From Eukaryota sp. TZLM1-RC (lineage: Eukaryota > Protista > Metamonada: BaSk clade): a DNA stretch of 64,000 nucleotides. The stretch is from positions 1,326,501-1,390,500 of the forward strand of contig JAUPSS010000007.1 in the NCBI GenBank assembly GCA_040285825.1, read 5' to 3'. The notes beneath the pieces were generated by a model. It made no database searches. It was not told the origin of the DNA and was given only the letters and a program-made list of their open reading frames with translations. Positions 32,413-45,204 of the stretch are shown in pieces. The number at the start of each line of letters is the position of its first letter. Position 1 is the first letter of the stretch. The position numbers and the translations under genes were made by a program.

Positions 32413-35080
32413 TTGATTATTTTGTATAATCCTGTAGACCACATGGGCATATCTGATGGTATATTTAAATACTTCGTTGAAACCTATCCTCATATAATGA
32501 CTCACACGCGTAATACTCAACACTCTCACTCTTCTACAAGCCATAACCCTTATCACCTTGAAGGAGTCGTCCGGAGCCATACACTTATGCGGTTTCAGTT
32601 CTCTCCTCCACCTTCTCCAATGACCTCACAGTGTTCCTCTCCTGTCTTCTGCATGACATCGCCAAACCAATGGTGAGAGTAGAGAAAACAAACTATGGCG
32701 AAATTGGAAAAAAATTTTGAACGCATTACAAAAATCCTGATTGAATTGGAGTTGATCCAGCCCACATCATTACAAAGCTGCTTTCGCCAGAATTTGGATT
32801 AATCAATCCTCTAACAGTGGCTCAGTTGGTGGGTATGCATATGAGAATCATTGATGTGACTCAAAGCTTAGTAGAAGAAGAACCTGATGTTCGATTGATC
32901 TCTTCAATGTCACGTCTGGTCGCAGGAAGCTCTATGACCTTTATTGACCAACTTCTCCAGATTTCAACTGCAGATATTGCAGTTGGATTTGGTTTGGTTC
33001 CAGTAAAGAGAAGACTCTTGGTCCCTCGACGTGCTTTGTTTAGTGCAAATGATTCATATAGAAATTTTATATGTCGACCTCACATGTAGACCAAGGCCAA
33101 CATCTCACCTGTTGCTGATCTTTGGTTATTTATACCAGGGAGAAGATGTTGTACAGTCAATAAATGGCAACGGGTTTAAACTGGTTGATGATCCTCTAAA
33201 TGGTTTGGCAAACGTTAGGAATAGTTTGGGAAAATCCAAGAAGGTTGCGATTTCGGTTCAGAATAATTTAATTAAATATGATAAATACACAACAATGGGA
33301 AGAAGAAACCAAAGTATACTTGAAGAAATCGCTGTATTTCCAAATACTGATTTTGAAAATATTCTTTCTTGTACAATGCAACATTTTCTTGATCAAGATT
33401 TTTGTGAGAAATATCCAGCTATTTCCACTATTCCTTTGAATAATTTTGATAGAGTCACTTATACAGCAGAGATAGGACACTTTGAAACAAAAAGTAGAGG
33501 CAATTCCAAGAATGAATTTTTAAATTTTTTAAATTTATTTATTTATTGGAAACCATTTATATAAAGAATCAAATAAAAAAAACTAAAACACATAAGAAAC
33601 TAAATTCTCCACGCCAACTCTTGATGAATCCTTATAAAGATTAGACATCATTAAACTCAAGTACTTGGGAACATTTCTGTACAATGCGAAAATGATACGA
33701 TTCTTCCATAAATTCTCTGCAAAATTCTTACCACTTGAACGACACAAATTACCAAAATCATTGATGAAATTCAAGGGGGATTGTCCAATGTTGCCAAAAA
33801 TCGAAAAGGTAAAAGGAACAAACGAAAACTTCGAGTAAAGATTCTTATTTAAATCATTTAATATCTCTGTATATTTATCTCTCTTACGATTTTCAGCCTT
33901 GTTTAAATGACCATTAGTACTAAGTAAAACATCATCGCGATAAATAAAAGCAAAGGGATCAACTGTAGCGAAATCAACAACAACTTGAGAGGAATCCACA
34001 AAAGGAGTCATTAAATTACCTCGACGTGAATTAAAAAGATTATCATCACTATAATGCTTCAACAAAGGTTCTACTTTGCAACTAAAATTGTAACACTTGA
34101 ACATCTCATATGTCACATCACGAACGGCATTATGAAGAACTGACCTATATTGGAGAAATTTCTTACAGCTCACAATATGACGGAAATTGGCAGTAGGTTT
34201 TTTGTTGCAAATACAATAAGAATTGTCCACAAGACCGCTTGGATACATCCCTAATCTCAACCGCATGTTTTGTTTCCAAGCTTCATTTGTTAAGTGAAGA
34301 CCAAATGGCCTTTGTTGCTGAGATATTAAACTAGTACAGTTCTGAATGTCTGATAAAAAGGCAGCAAAGACGTGATTATTAATCTTAGTCACACTAAGTC
34401 GTTTAGAAAAATCCAGGTCTTCAAAACTAATTAGAACAGACTTCTGTAATTTCACCACAGCAAGATGAAGATTGGTGAAATATCTCGAAGGTACAGCAGG
34501 CAAACGTGAAGGAAAACTCCTATTCCAAACATCAACAGGTAGTTCTTGCACCATTTAAATTTTTTAATTGTTTTAAACTTTTATAAATGTGTTATTGAGT
34601 TTTTTCAATAAATATGGTGATTTTTATTGTTTAATCTTAACAAAGATGGTAATTTGATTTAAAATATATAATCTAACTTACTGGTATCTGATGGTACTTA
34701 CATGGTTGTTATTATGGTAGGAAATTCTTGAATCTTCCGTATCAAAGTGCTTCTAAAAGAAACGCTGTCATTGAGTAATTTGAAACAGAGGTGGTATTCA
34801 CTGTGATTTGATTGCTAACTCTGATGTTGTTGTTGATTGTGTTTCCTTTTATTTTACGAACGACATTTTGGGATGATGTTGATCATTCAATCAAAATTTT
34901 CAAAATTGGGATTCAAATTTTGGGACATTGAAAGAAGAAAACTCAGTCCTGTAGATGCTCGTTGAAACAAGGAAAATGAAGAGCATAGGTCATTATGACA
35001 AAATTTTTGAGGAAGTTTATACTGATAGAAAAAGATCACTTGGTTTTATTGTTTTCCCATTTTCTATAAATGCGTACAAC
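32413..35080 (+). pseudogene. Decayed gene or element with an RLE-like tail, interrupted by a family A insertion
   Basis: Broken ORFs 32413-33564; after the insertion reads DLIANSDVVVDCV...GFIVFPFSIN. Confidence 0.4.
33533..34553 (-). mobile_element. Family A CRE-like non-LTR element, 5'-truncated; open 323-aa CCHC+RLE ORF (33583-34554)
   Basis: (TAAA)n tail; ~14-bp TSD TTTAAATTTTTTAA (33519-33532 and 34554-34567). Confidence 0.88.
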
Positions 35081-35532
35081 CATCAATAAAAAATTACTCC
35101 AAAAATTCTCAATCAATATTTTATTCTCAGCAATATTTTTGAAATTGTTTGACGTCTTCAATCGCTTCCACAATATTGGTTACTTGTTGAAAATCAAAGA
35201 GGGCAACTCTGCGCTTACGTTGTTGATGTTCAGAAACATTACTTGAAATATAACAAAATTGTTGATAAATTGTTGAGTAGTCTTGTGAATCGAATTTCTT
35301 GAATATATTTGCAGAATTCAATTTTCATTTTTTAACTCGTTTTTTGGTGCAGCCACTATTCAATTAAAAAATTAATTCTTAGAAATTATAAATAATTTAT
35401 GATTTTATTATTAAAAAAGTGATAGTTAATATTTGAGAATAATACATATGGTACAGACGAAGACAAAAACAAAAAAGCTAAATAAATGATAATTAATTTA
35501 GATTAAAAGAGTTGAACTCTTAATTGTATAAA

Positions 35533-38500
35533 CTACTTCAAATCCAACCCACCAAAAATTCTTAAACAAGGAATAGAGCTGGAATGGAGCTCAAAGAACG
35601 ATTGCACAGATGATACGAAATTTTGGGGGGATTTGACATTATCTTTCAAATAATCTGAAAAATTCACTGCAAGATCAACTGTAGAATTTGACAAAGGAAC
35701 AATAACAGTACCAAATTTTGAAATTTTTGCAAAACTGGCGAAAATTTGAGCGACATTGGTTGTATTTGACATAACATCATCAAAAAGAAACAAAATAAAA
35801 GATTTGTTAAAATTTTGAAGAAAATCCAAATTTTCAAGTAAACCAGAACTCGACAACAGACAGATCAATGACGGATTTTGATGAAAATTTGAAAAGAACC
35901 GCTGAATGGAAATTTTGGAGGGAATTTCCTCTGGACCACATAAAGACTTCATTTTTGAATTAGACTTTAATGAAGAAAACAATTTTGAAAAAGAATTTGT
36001 GAAATTTTCCTTTGCGTCAACAGGTATATAACCTTCTGAATCGATGATTGCCGAAAACTGATTAGTTTCTGATAGCTTGATTGGCGATTTGATTGCTGAA
36101 TCCAAAGTAGCGTGATAATAAACTAATTTTTCCTCAAAAATCAATTCCCAAGGTAATTCAATCATATTTGATTGAACATTGATTATGGAATCACTTACCA
36201 ATAGTCGAACATTGTCAAAGAGACTAACCAAATATTCGTCACAATTGCCAAAATTTTGTCTGTCAAAAACACTATTGCGTGATCTTATTTCCAAAAATTT
36301 TGACGGATCCACATAAACAGCAGAAAAATAAAGCTCCCCTCCCAAATTTTGACTTTGTCGAGATTCTGATCTCTTTTTTGAACCCTTTTCGTTAGGCGTT
36401 TTGGATCTCTGCGGAATATAAACAAAGGAAATCAGAATTGACAGAAAACTATCAAATGACGTGATGATTGTCTGATTTTTGAGCTGTGATAAAACAGCAA
36501 TTGGTGATTCAACTGTTAAAATTTGGGACAAAATGTTCAAAAATTTAGAACTTTCGTCTATTATAACAGGTTTATCAAAATTTTCATTCAAATTATGCTG
36601 ATTAACGTGAAAGAGATCAAATATAGAAAATCGAGTGTCACTAGATGTACCCTCTGAACCATAGCTCAAAATATTGCTAGTTTCAATCAATTTTTGATGG
36701 GGAACTTGTGATAAAGTATTAATAAGTTGAGATAAAAAATCGACATTTTCATCGAAATTTTCACTACAATTATGAGCTTTCCATAATTGAAAAGCTGCTT
36801 GATTGATCAAATCAATATCACAAATAGGTAATTCTTCTTTGGATATTAAAAAATCCACAACATTATGAGGTAAGTTTCCGTGACTTTGTACCAAATTTTG
36901 GAGATCAAGTGATCTGTTTGATTCAGATTCTAAAAATTTCAAGGAAAAAAGTTTAGCTTGCAATAAGTGAAGTTTTGAAATTTTTGCTGATAAGGTTGAA
37001 TGAACATCAAAATTTAAAATTTTGGTCAGTTCAGAGATGGAAGAGGTAAAAAAATTCAAAAATTTGTCAACTTGATTGAAAGCTCTTTCAACAAAATTAA
37101 CTGATTCCCTTTTAAATTTGGAAAGAGGTCCATTTAAATTGAGGGAAAACCACGGCAAATTTTTGAACAGAAAAGATAAAATTGACTCAAATGCTTCAAT
37201 TATCGTATCAACTTCCGCAAGATTATCGACATGTGTCAAAAATTTCGACATTGAAGTCAAAAATTTGTCAAGATATGATGTTGTAATTAAAAGTGGATTA
37301 CGACTAATGGAAGCACACATTTCAATGATCTCTTCTTTGGTCAAATAGAGCTCACTGGAATTTTGATTAAAAGTCTCTGGAATTTTACATTCTTTCATCA
37401 AGTTTTTGTGGTAATCAATTTCAGAACCAAAATTCAATTTTAAATTTGTTAAATAATTTTCCAAAAAATATTTGCATTTCATAAGTGAATAACAAGCAGA
37501 GTTGACAAATTCAAATGGTTGAAAGCTCGATTTACGTGCATACAACGTAGAGTACAACAATCGATCACGTTTACAGTGAATTAAAAATTTCTGACAACTT
37601 TGTGACAAGGAGGGATCATTTTTATCAAATAATAAAATCTTGAGGGAATATTTCAAACTGATGAGTGATATTAAATAATTTTTTCTTTCAAAGACATTGG
37701 CAATGGTGCTAGCAAGTGCAAAGATAGGTACAATAGCAAACAAGAAATCTAATTTCCAGCAAATATTAATAAATAAATCACAAAAATAGAGCAATTCATC
37801 AGGTTTCTCCACAAAATTTTCCATTAAAAATGTTTTAGAAATATCAAATTTCTTTTCCAATAATTCCTCCAACCCTAGCCGATCTAAACTTTCCATTTCG
37901 GATGGATCATTATTATCAAATTGGTTTAAAATTTGAAAAGTTGTCACCAAAGTGTGCTTTAAATATTGGTAAACATCAATAGAATTAAAATTTAACACTG
38001 AAAGTACAACAAAAAGTCCAAATTTGTAAATCAATTCAGCAGGATCAGTGACACTTGTCAGTGAGCTTTTCTTTGCGAGCGAAAATTTGGCCACAGTGTT
38101 GGCTTCTTCAAACAATCCATTATTAAAAAGGAAAGCAACCAAATTTAAATCAACTTTGGTCGTTGAAAATCCACTATCATTGATCAAATCATTTTGAGCT
38201 CTTTTCCAAGACTGTTCAAGACTCTCAAGTTGAACAAGGGGACAAGATAATTCATCATGTCGTAATATTTTTTCCTTTTCCTCGACAACAAAACTTACCA
38301 GGCAAGAGGGTATCACTGACAAAAGCGTTTCAAAAATTTGAATTGCAGAATCTGAATCATTTTGACTCATGTAATGATTTACTAAAGATAAATGTGGAGC
38401 CAATACGGTCCGTGGAAACTTAAATGTTAATTTGAAAATAGAAATAAAATGGTGAAAACTATTTTTAATTAATAGTAAAACATCATTAATAATATTGGAA

Positions 38501-41500
38501 TAAGAGGTGAAGGATTCAACTAATTCAAATAATGGTAAATTAAGTTCAGAGGATATGATGAAAATTTCATAAAAAAGAGAAACAATTTTAGAAAAATAAT
38601 TAAAATATGATTCACACATCGACAATTGAAGCAATATGGAAGCTGTAAACGTCAGCAGAGAAATGCTTACGTGGCAATTCTTAATAGCAACGTGATCATA
38701 ACCCCCAATTTCTATAAAACTATTGCAGGAAGAATTCTTACTTGGAAGGTTATTCTGAATAAAGTTCATGAATAAAATAAGTAAGGTTTGAGCCAATGAG
38801 CTGCTATTAAAAAATTTGAGACTGGAAAAATCAACAAAATATTGAGGAATGTCACCATTAGCCAAATTTTCACGAGAAAAAGATTCAGACAATGTGGAAT
38901 CATGAGAAGAGATCAACGAAATATTTCTCAAATATTGATAATACTTGATAATCAAATCATTTATAAATGCTCGCGGCAAATTGAGTTTAGTTAGAGATAA
39001 ACACAAAGTACTGTAAATTGGTTCAAAAATTGGGTCATTAATGCTAACCAGATGACGACAACAGCTCATAAAATCAGAATTTTTGACCGAGTTCCCGTTG
39101 ACAAAAATTTTGACCAACTCAACATCAATATTGGCGATTGCATCTAAGAGATCAGTTAATTTTTCCAATTCATTGTTTGACAAGTTCAAATTTTCGTTCT
39201 GACACGTCAGTAGCTCAATAATCAAACAACAAGAGAGGACTTGTCTTGACTTTTCTGAAATTCCAGGAAAATTTTTCAAACTAACAAAACTCAGAACAGA
39301 ATCAAATGTCGATATTGACCCTGAAGTGATGAGAAGTCTGCAATATGATGACGTGATTTTGAATGTTTCAGAAAGATTGAGATTGAAATTACCAATAACA
39401 AGACTGACTAATTGAGAAACCAATGAACAATCAAATTTAATTTTAGTTTTACATTTAATTCGAAACTCAGGGATAGAATCAGACCCAAAAAGATCACACT
39501 CTGTTTTGTAAAGGTACATTACAATAAGTGCCACTGATGAGTCAAATATTTCACTGATCTCTTCTCCTAATGAGGGGATCAAGGGAACTAGACTGTTGAA
39601 AATTTGGGGGAAAAGATTTGAATAATTCTTTATAATTAAAATGATTTGATCTTGATAAAAAACCTTGTTGTTCTGAAATTTTGATAATAAAGTTTCTATA
39701 ATGGAAATTTGAAGTTCACTGTTGTCAATCAATTTGATTGATAAAATGATTGGATTAATCAGATCTACGTCATTGATTTCTGAAAATTCTAAACTGTTTG
39801 CTTCACTGACTTTACTTTGAAATTCAGTTTCATCCAATGAAGGATCATTTATCAAAATTTGGGAAAGTAATTGGCAGAAAAAGCTCAAAAAATCATTACT
39901 TGCGAAATATTTCGATATGAGCAGTAAAAGCACGTGAGAAAAGATCACTGACAGATCATCAAAGGCCATCAAAATACTTGAGATTTCCTGAATCAGATAT
40001 TCAAGAGGATTTAAATCACCATTGTTTATATTTATATTATCAAAACAATAGCAAAGATTGAAAAATTTAGATGTAAAATGAAATGGCAAATTTTTGGACT
40101 GTAAAACACAAGTGAGCTCTTTTCGAAATTTTGAAGCTGTTTTGTCATCCAAAATATTCGTCAACCCTGGTAGAGCGATTCCTTCTTCACGAATAGAGAT
40201 CAAGTAATCAAATTTGATGAAATTTTTGATAAAACAATCATTATGATCTGAATAAACCACGGCTCGTAGTGAGATTTCGAGTAAAGAAAATCTACATGAA
40301 ACGGAAAACCTTTTTAAAATACTTGCAAAATTAAAACAAAACAAAGCCTTGGAAAATGACTGCCCTTGGACAAGATCCAAAATTTCAAAAATAGAGCTCA
40401 TTGTCGACACTAAAAGGTGTGGATCGGAATTTTCAACAAAATTTGAAAAATTGGTACTGGAAATCTTGGAAAAACTTATGAATAAACAAGCTGCAAGTAA
40501 AGAATCATCAATTTGATTAATTCTATCTGCTGAATTTCTGAAAAAGGAAAGTACACGTGATAGACATGATTGATTAATCTCTGAATGTGACATTAAAACA
40601 AATACAATAAGATCAGAAAACACCTCAGCAGACCATGACTTTCCTGGACTTTTGATTGATGAAACTAACAGCGAAGAGATGGTCTGACATGTTGAAATTT
40701 TCGGAGTTGAAAGTAATGAGAATAAACAAAATCTTAAAATTTGATCAAGTGAGCTTGGATTAGAAATTTTGACAACATTATGAAATTTTTCATTGAAGTC
40801 ATGGATAACGCGAAACAAATTGTCAAAAGTGAAAATTTCAGATGAAAAAGATGACATGCACTTGACATCTGAATACAGCTCATCAAAAATTTCCACCAGA
40901 TCACCATTTACAAGTTTAAGAAAATTTTTGAAATTTTTGACAAAATCATCAGAATCCTGTTGACCAAAACTTAAAAGATCAACATTATTGACTATCGTTG
41001 ACTTTGATGCTGATTTCTTTCCCTTTTTGGACTTTTCCATCAAACTTTTTAATTCTAATGATACACTCAAAAAATCTTCATTCTTGATTTTATTTAACAA
41101 ACTCAAATCAAAACTTTCGGAAATGAAGCAAAGAAAACCATGTAAATAACACAGCTTATTATAGTTGTTGTTAAGAGTCTCCAATTGACCCTCATTAAGC
41201 TCAAAAGAACCAAAATCATTTAAATGATTGGACACACCATCAATAGCTTTAACCACTTCAATAATTGAAGAAATGAAGTAACCGGCATAGCAGGCCTCTA
41301 CGAAAGGGGAGCATATGGATAAAAGACATGTAGAAAGAGGTAAGAGGAAGTGTGAATAATGGGGATGGGTAGATATAAGGGATGTAGCTGTGGAGATATG
41401 GGAGAGGCAAGTGGTGAGGGTGTAGTGGATGTCAATGGAAGGTTGATGAGAAGACGTGAGTTGATAGAACAGGGTATTGGTATAACAAAGATGGGATCTG

Positions 41501-41625
41501 ATCAAAAGCTGAGAGAGGGGTGGTGAATGGAAGAAGAACAGGTCAAGATGTTGTAGTGCCTTCTTATACTCACCAGATAGAAGACATGACTCTGCTGAAG
41601 AGATGAGAGATATGGCAGACGCCAT
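35533..41625 (-). CDS. CFAP46: Cilia- and flagella-associated protein 46-like (2030 aa)
   Basis: N-terminal AE..L...F...PP..Q.L.R.HLC...P.Y..FL...PF pattern recalled from CFAP46; length; C-terminal ELPWE segment. Confidence 0.7.
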   Translation of the reverse strand: MASAISLISSAESCLLSGEYKKALQHLDLFFFHSPPLSQLLIRSHLCYTNTLFYQLTSSHQPSIDIHYTLTTCLSHISTATSLISTHPHYSHFLLPLSTCLLSICSPFVEACYAGYFISSIIEVVKAIDGVSNHLNDFGSFELNEGQLETLNNNYNKLCYLHGFLCFISESFDLSLLNKIKNEDFLSVSLELKSLMEKSKKGKKSASKSTIVNNVDLLSFGQQDSDDFVKNFKNFLKLVNGDLVEIFDELYSDVKCMSSFSSEIFTFDNLFRVIHDFNEKFHNVVKISNPSSLDQILRFCLFSLLSTPKISTCQTISSLLVSSIKSPGKSWSAEVFSDLIVFVLMSHSEINQSCLSRVLSFFRNSADRINQIDDSLLAACLFISFSKISSTNFSNFVENSDPHLLVSTMSSIFEILDLVQGQSFSKALFCFNFASILKRFSVSCRFSLLEISLRAVVYSDHNDCFIKNFIKFDYLISIREEGIALPGLTNILDDKTASKFRKELTCVLQSKNLPFHFTSKFFNLCYCFDNININNGDLNPLEYLIQEISSILMAFDDLSVIFSHVLLLLISKYFASNDFLSFFCQLLSQILINDPSLDETEFQSKVSEANSLEFSEINDVDLINPIILSIKLIDNSELQISIIETLLSKFQNNKVFYQDQIILIIKNYSNLFPQIFNSLVPLIPSLGEEISEIFDSSVALIVMYLYKTECDLFGSDSIPEFRIKCKTKIKFDCSLVSQLVSLVIGNFNLNLSETFKITSSYCRLLITSGSISTFDSVLSFVSLKNFPGISEKSRQVLSCCLIIELLTCQNENLNLSNNELEKLTDLLDAIANIDVELVKIFVNGNSVKNSDFMSCCRHLVSINDPIFEPIYSTLCLSLTKLNLPRAFINDLIIKYYQYLRNISLISSHDSTLSESFSRENLANGDIPQYFVDFSSLKFFNSSSLAQTLLILFMNFIQNNLPSKNSSCNSFIEIGGYDHVAIKNCHVSISLLTFTASILLQLSMCESYFNYFSKIVSLFYEIFIISSELNLPLFELVESFTSYSNIINDVLLLIKNSFHHFISIFKLTFKFPRTVLAPHLSLVNHYMSQNDSDSAIQIFETLLSVIPSCLVSFVVEEKEKILRHDELSCPLVQLESLEQSWKRAQNDLINDSGFSTTKVDLNLVAFLFNNGLFEEANTVAKFSLAKKSSLTSVTDPAELIYKFGLFVVLSVLNFNSIDVYQYLKHTLVTTFQILNQFDNNDPSEMESLDRLGLEELLEKKFDISKTFLMENFVEKPDELLYFCDLFINICWKLDFLFAIVPIFALASTIANVFERKNYLISLISLKYSLKILLFDKNDPSLSQSCQKFLIHCKRDRLLYSTLYARKSSFQPFEFVNSACYSLMKCKYFLENYLTNLKLNFGSEIDYHKNLMKECKIPETFNQNSSELYLTKEEIIEMCASISRNPLLITTSYLDKFLTSMSKFLTHVDNLAEVDTIIEAFESILSFLFKNLPWFSLNLNGPLSKFKRESVNFVERAFNQVDKFLNFFTSSISELTKILNFDVHSTLSAKISKLHLLQAKLFSLKFLESESNRSLDLQNLVQSHGNLPHNVVDFLISKEELPICDIDLINQAAFQLWKAHNCSENFDENVDFLSQLINTLSQVPHQKLIETSNILSYGSEGTSSDTRFSIFDLFHVNQHNLNENFDKPVIIDESSKFLNILSQILTVESPIAVLSQLKNQTIITSFDSFLSILISFVYIPQRSKTPNEKGSKKRSESRQSQNLGGELYFSAVYVDPSKFLEIRSRNSVFDRQNFGNCDEYLVSLFDNVRLLVSDSIINVQSNMIELPWELIFEEKLVYYHATLDSAIKSPIKLSETNQFSAIIDSEGYIPVDAKENFTNSFSKLFSSLKSNSKMKSLCGPEEIPSKISIQRFFSNFHQNPSLICLLSSSGLLENLDFLQNFNKSFILFLFDDVMSNTTNVAQIFASFAKISKFGTVIVPLSNSTVDLAVNFSDYLKDNVKSPQNFVSSVQSFFELHSSSIPCLRIFGGLDLK

Positions 41626-42124
41626 TCTTACAGATATTGTCTATGACAATGGTATAAGTGCCGTTTAAACACCGTTTGAACAGTAATGTGAAGAGACTGT
41701 TTTTGGAAGATTTTCATTTTGATACATTTTTCTTTAAACCTTAATCAGCCTTGGTTCTCTGTAGGTTCACTAGTCTATCTCCATCTTTTACGTGTGCTTT
41801 CATCACTGCCAACATACTGAACGAAGTATTTCGTTTTCATTTCACAAACGTTCGCGTGATTTACGAATGGTAAGCCCGCCACGAATAAACATTCGAACAG
41901 ATTTCGGTATAAGTTTGTTTAATTTTTGACAAAAATACAAACTTATAATTAATGAAACAATCCAGAACCTATTTATCAACCCGTAAAGCATGAAGAAATT
42001 CAATTCTCTTATTCAGCTATTGATCCAACTATTCAATTTCATCCTCGTTTCCCACAACAAAACTTCAAGGCTTGAGGCTCACTTGGACTTTGACCATTCT
42101 CCATTCTTTGATCTTGTACATCAT

Positions 42125-43063
42125 ATGACAACCCTTGATGAGTGTAACATTTGCAGAAACGATATATTTTCTAATCCCACCATAACCTTCCAAGTTGCGG
42201 TTTGCGGGCATCGTTACTGTCGGACCTGTGTTTCAGAGATGTTTCAAGGTACACGTTTGTACCCATGTCCTATTTGTCGCCGTGGTTTACGTCCTACTGA
42301 TTTTCAAACAGAAGAACGTGATCGATCTCTTACAAATGAGATATCTTACCGAAAAGAAATGTCTAAAATATTCTGTAAACGTTTGGAAGACTTTGCTACA
42401 GAAGATGAGTATTTTGAATTTCTAGAATTATTCGAACAATTGGTGTACAACAAGGTTCACAATATTGATATAGAAAAAACTAATAATATAATTGAAGACT
42501 ACAAAAACAAAAACAAAACATTTATTTCAGAAATAAGAGCCCGACAGTCCAAATATAAAGAGGATATCAAAAGTAAGAATGAAGAGTTTGTGAAAGCTAT
42601 AACAACATCACTTACAAAACCACAAATCAAAAAACAACAAGCTACGGTTCCAACCAGTATACCGATACGTCAGGAGCAACAACCACATGTAGAGCCGCCT
42701 GTTAAACGTCCTGCCATAGAAGAGGAGAGGACAACAAAGCATGGAGAAGCGGAACCATTTGCTCTCCCAGAACCATCTGGTGGCAGTGGTTTTCTATCAC
42801 CTCGAAAGCCAGAAGAAGTACGTCAAGGCGCAGCAGCCCCTCTGGGTCATTCGCTTCCCTCATACGTTCCATCTATGCCTCGACAGTTTGCCACAGGATT
42901 TGATGTAGAGACTAATGTTGTCAAGATTGGACCAGCTGCTTACGAGTCAACATGGGAAAAGGAATTGGTGAAGAGAGAAGCTGGTGGATGGACTGAGGAG
43001 TTGGTCATTGAACGATGTTTATGCACTTTGGCAGATTTGTTTGTATCTCCTCAAAATGCGTAG
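42125..43063 (+). CDS. MNAT1: CDK-activating kinase assembly factor MAT1/Tfb3
   Basis: RING CNIC...NP...CGHRYCRTCV...CPIC; E...RK...IF.KR.EDF....EY..FLE..E..VYN; C-terminal AGGW. Likely start MTTLDEC (ORF open from 41990). Confidence 0.92.
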   Translation: MTTLDECNICRNDIFSNPTITFQVAVCGHRYCRTCVSEMFQGTRLYPCPICRRGLRPTDFQTEERDRSLTNEISYRKEMSKIFCKRLEDFATEDEYFEFLELFEQLVYNKVHNIDIEKTNNIIEDYKNKNKTFISEIRARQSKYKEDIKSKNEEFVKAITTSLTKPQIKKQQATVPTSIPIRQEQQPHVEPPVKRPAIEEERTTKHGEAEPFALPEPSGGSGFLSPRKPEEVRQGAAAPLGHSLPSYVPSMPRQFATGFDVETNVVKIGPAAYESTWEKELVKREAGGWTEELVIERCLCTLADLFVSPQNA

Positions 43064-43110
43064 TATTGATTTCATTAAATCTATTTTTTTGATAAATATA
43101 TTTATTAAAA

Positions 43111-45058
43111 GGGACAAGTTCACTTATACCCATTTTGTCAAATTTTGTCCCACTTGTACCCAATTTCTCCATACCCATCAATTTTGGTTTCACCTGTACC
43201 CAAATTGCAACAATTAAACATTTCTTTATAAAGCAATCTACGTCTACATCAATTCAGTGGTCAATTCATTCCACTGATCGTCTGAGTCCTCTTCCAGCTC
43301 AGTTTCACTTTCATAATCTTCTCCAGAACTTGAGGACTCGTCAAAAACATCATGAATTGTACTAATGTTAATGATAGACTCATATAACATTTCTTCGTCC
43401 ACCTCACTTACATCACCATCATTTGCTACCTTTACCTTCTTCTTCTTTCTTCTCTCACCAGGCCGTAATCCTTTTGTTTGTCTCTTTCGTAATCTTTCAG
43501 CACCAATAAAGTTCTCATAAGTTCTTAGGTAATTTTCGGTAAGGTAGTGAGAATCAACCCCATTTAAGACCGGATGTTTCAGTTTTTCCAAAGCTGCGAC
43601 AGCATGTCTACATGGGATGCCTAAACGTTGCCATTTTTCACAGGTACATAAACGCTCCTTAATATTCACTGTGTACTTTTTCTGAGCTTGTTCTACTTGG
43701 ACGAAGATGTTGTCATCTCTTCTTATCGTTCTCGTCTTCAACTTTCTCCCTTCTACAACTTCATCCTTCAATTTATGCCAAACACTTTCTACAATAGCTT
43801 TCTGCATTTCAAACCATCGATTGAGATTATCCATGATAGTTTGGATCATTGCTATTACAGGCAATGATCTGGCAACAAGAAGCCAAGCATTGAGAGATTC
43901 GATTAAATTGGACGTGAAGTGCCCATAACGAAGACCTTCAAACCCAACAGTAGCCCAATTGCTGATCCCAGCTTTTGTTACCTTTTCGTAGGCCTTGATG
44001 GATTGTTCTCTCAATATCTCGAGATACTGTTTTAATTCAATCTCTGTTTCTGCCCTTGCTGCTTGCCATAAAACACTTGTATACTTAACGCCTATATTTT
44101 TGGCCAAATGGCGAACACGGTAGCTGTGAAACGCATCAGGAAAAATAGATCTTACAGATTCAACAAGTCCTTTCTCTCTGTCAGATATAATGGTTGTTAC
44201 TTCTGTTTTGAGACAATTTTTAGCTCACAAAGAAACCATCTCCAGTTGTCATAATTTTCTCCAGAAACTATAGATATCGCAATTGGAAACAGCTGACCCT
44301 GAGCGTCGATCATTGTTGCACATAACATCACATTTTTATGCTTTGTTTTCAAATGGGTTCCATCAATTTGAATGAGTGGACGACAGAACTGACTCCCATG
44401 TAAAGATCCACCAAAAGCAATAAACAAACGTTTGAAAGTATTGTCTGCTTCTTTCTCCAACACACAATGAGAACCAGGGTTACACTGTTGGATACGAAGT
44501 ATAAGAGAATAAAGCCGTGCGTAGTTTGTTTTATGAGTACCAAAGACAATCTCTCGAGCTTTTGCTCGAACTTTAGCTGCAACTCTTTCAGCAAGCTTCA
44601 TATCAGCTATCTCATCCAGTAATGGCTTGAGTTCGGAAGCTGTTAGAAATGGTTTGGCCTTTATTCTATCTTTCACTCGAGGATGGCTTGCAAGAAAGGA
44701 AGTAGTAGGTCTTGGAGCTTTCGTTCCAAGAGCAAGTGGATCACAAGTATGTTGAATCAGGATTTTGACGACATAAGGTGTCTCATCTGGACAGCCTTTC
44801 TTCCTAGTTGCGTAGCAGCGGAATGTGCAATCTTTGCTTCTACAGACAGCATTGATGCGAGTTACCTCGAATTTTGTATATCTGACGCTCGTTTTTCTAT
44901 CGGAACCTTCTTTTCTAATAAGCTCTTGCAGGATGTCTTTGCTGAACCTATTGCCCACTGAAAGTTTGAATCTGGGGTTTTCAGAGATATTGGAGATGGT
45001 TAGATCTGGGTACATGTGGACTTAAATTTGACAAAATGGGTATAGCTGTGATTTTCCC
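43111..45058 (-). mobile_element. Mutator/MULE transposon copy 1; transposase frameshifted (ORFs 44197-45015 and 43244-44107)
   Basis: Near-identical to copy 2; one T fewer in the run at ~44217-44221; 52-bp imperfect TIRs; flanks TTATTAAAA and TTTAAAAAA. Confidence 0.93.
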
Positions 45059-45204
45059 TTTAAAAAAAGTCAGAAACAAATCTTTATTCAGCAAAAAAAT
45101 TCATATATTCACTTTAAGCAAATTTGAAAACTTGAGCAACATGTAAATAAGTGAAGCTATTGAGATTAAAAAACAAAAAAAACTAAAGTTGCATTTAAAA
45201 AAAT

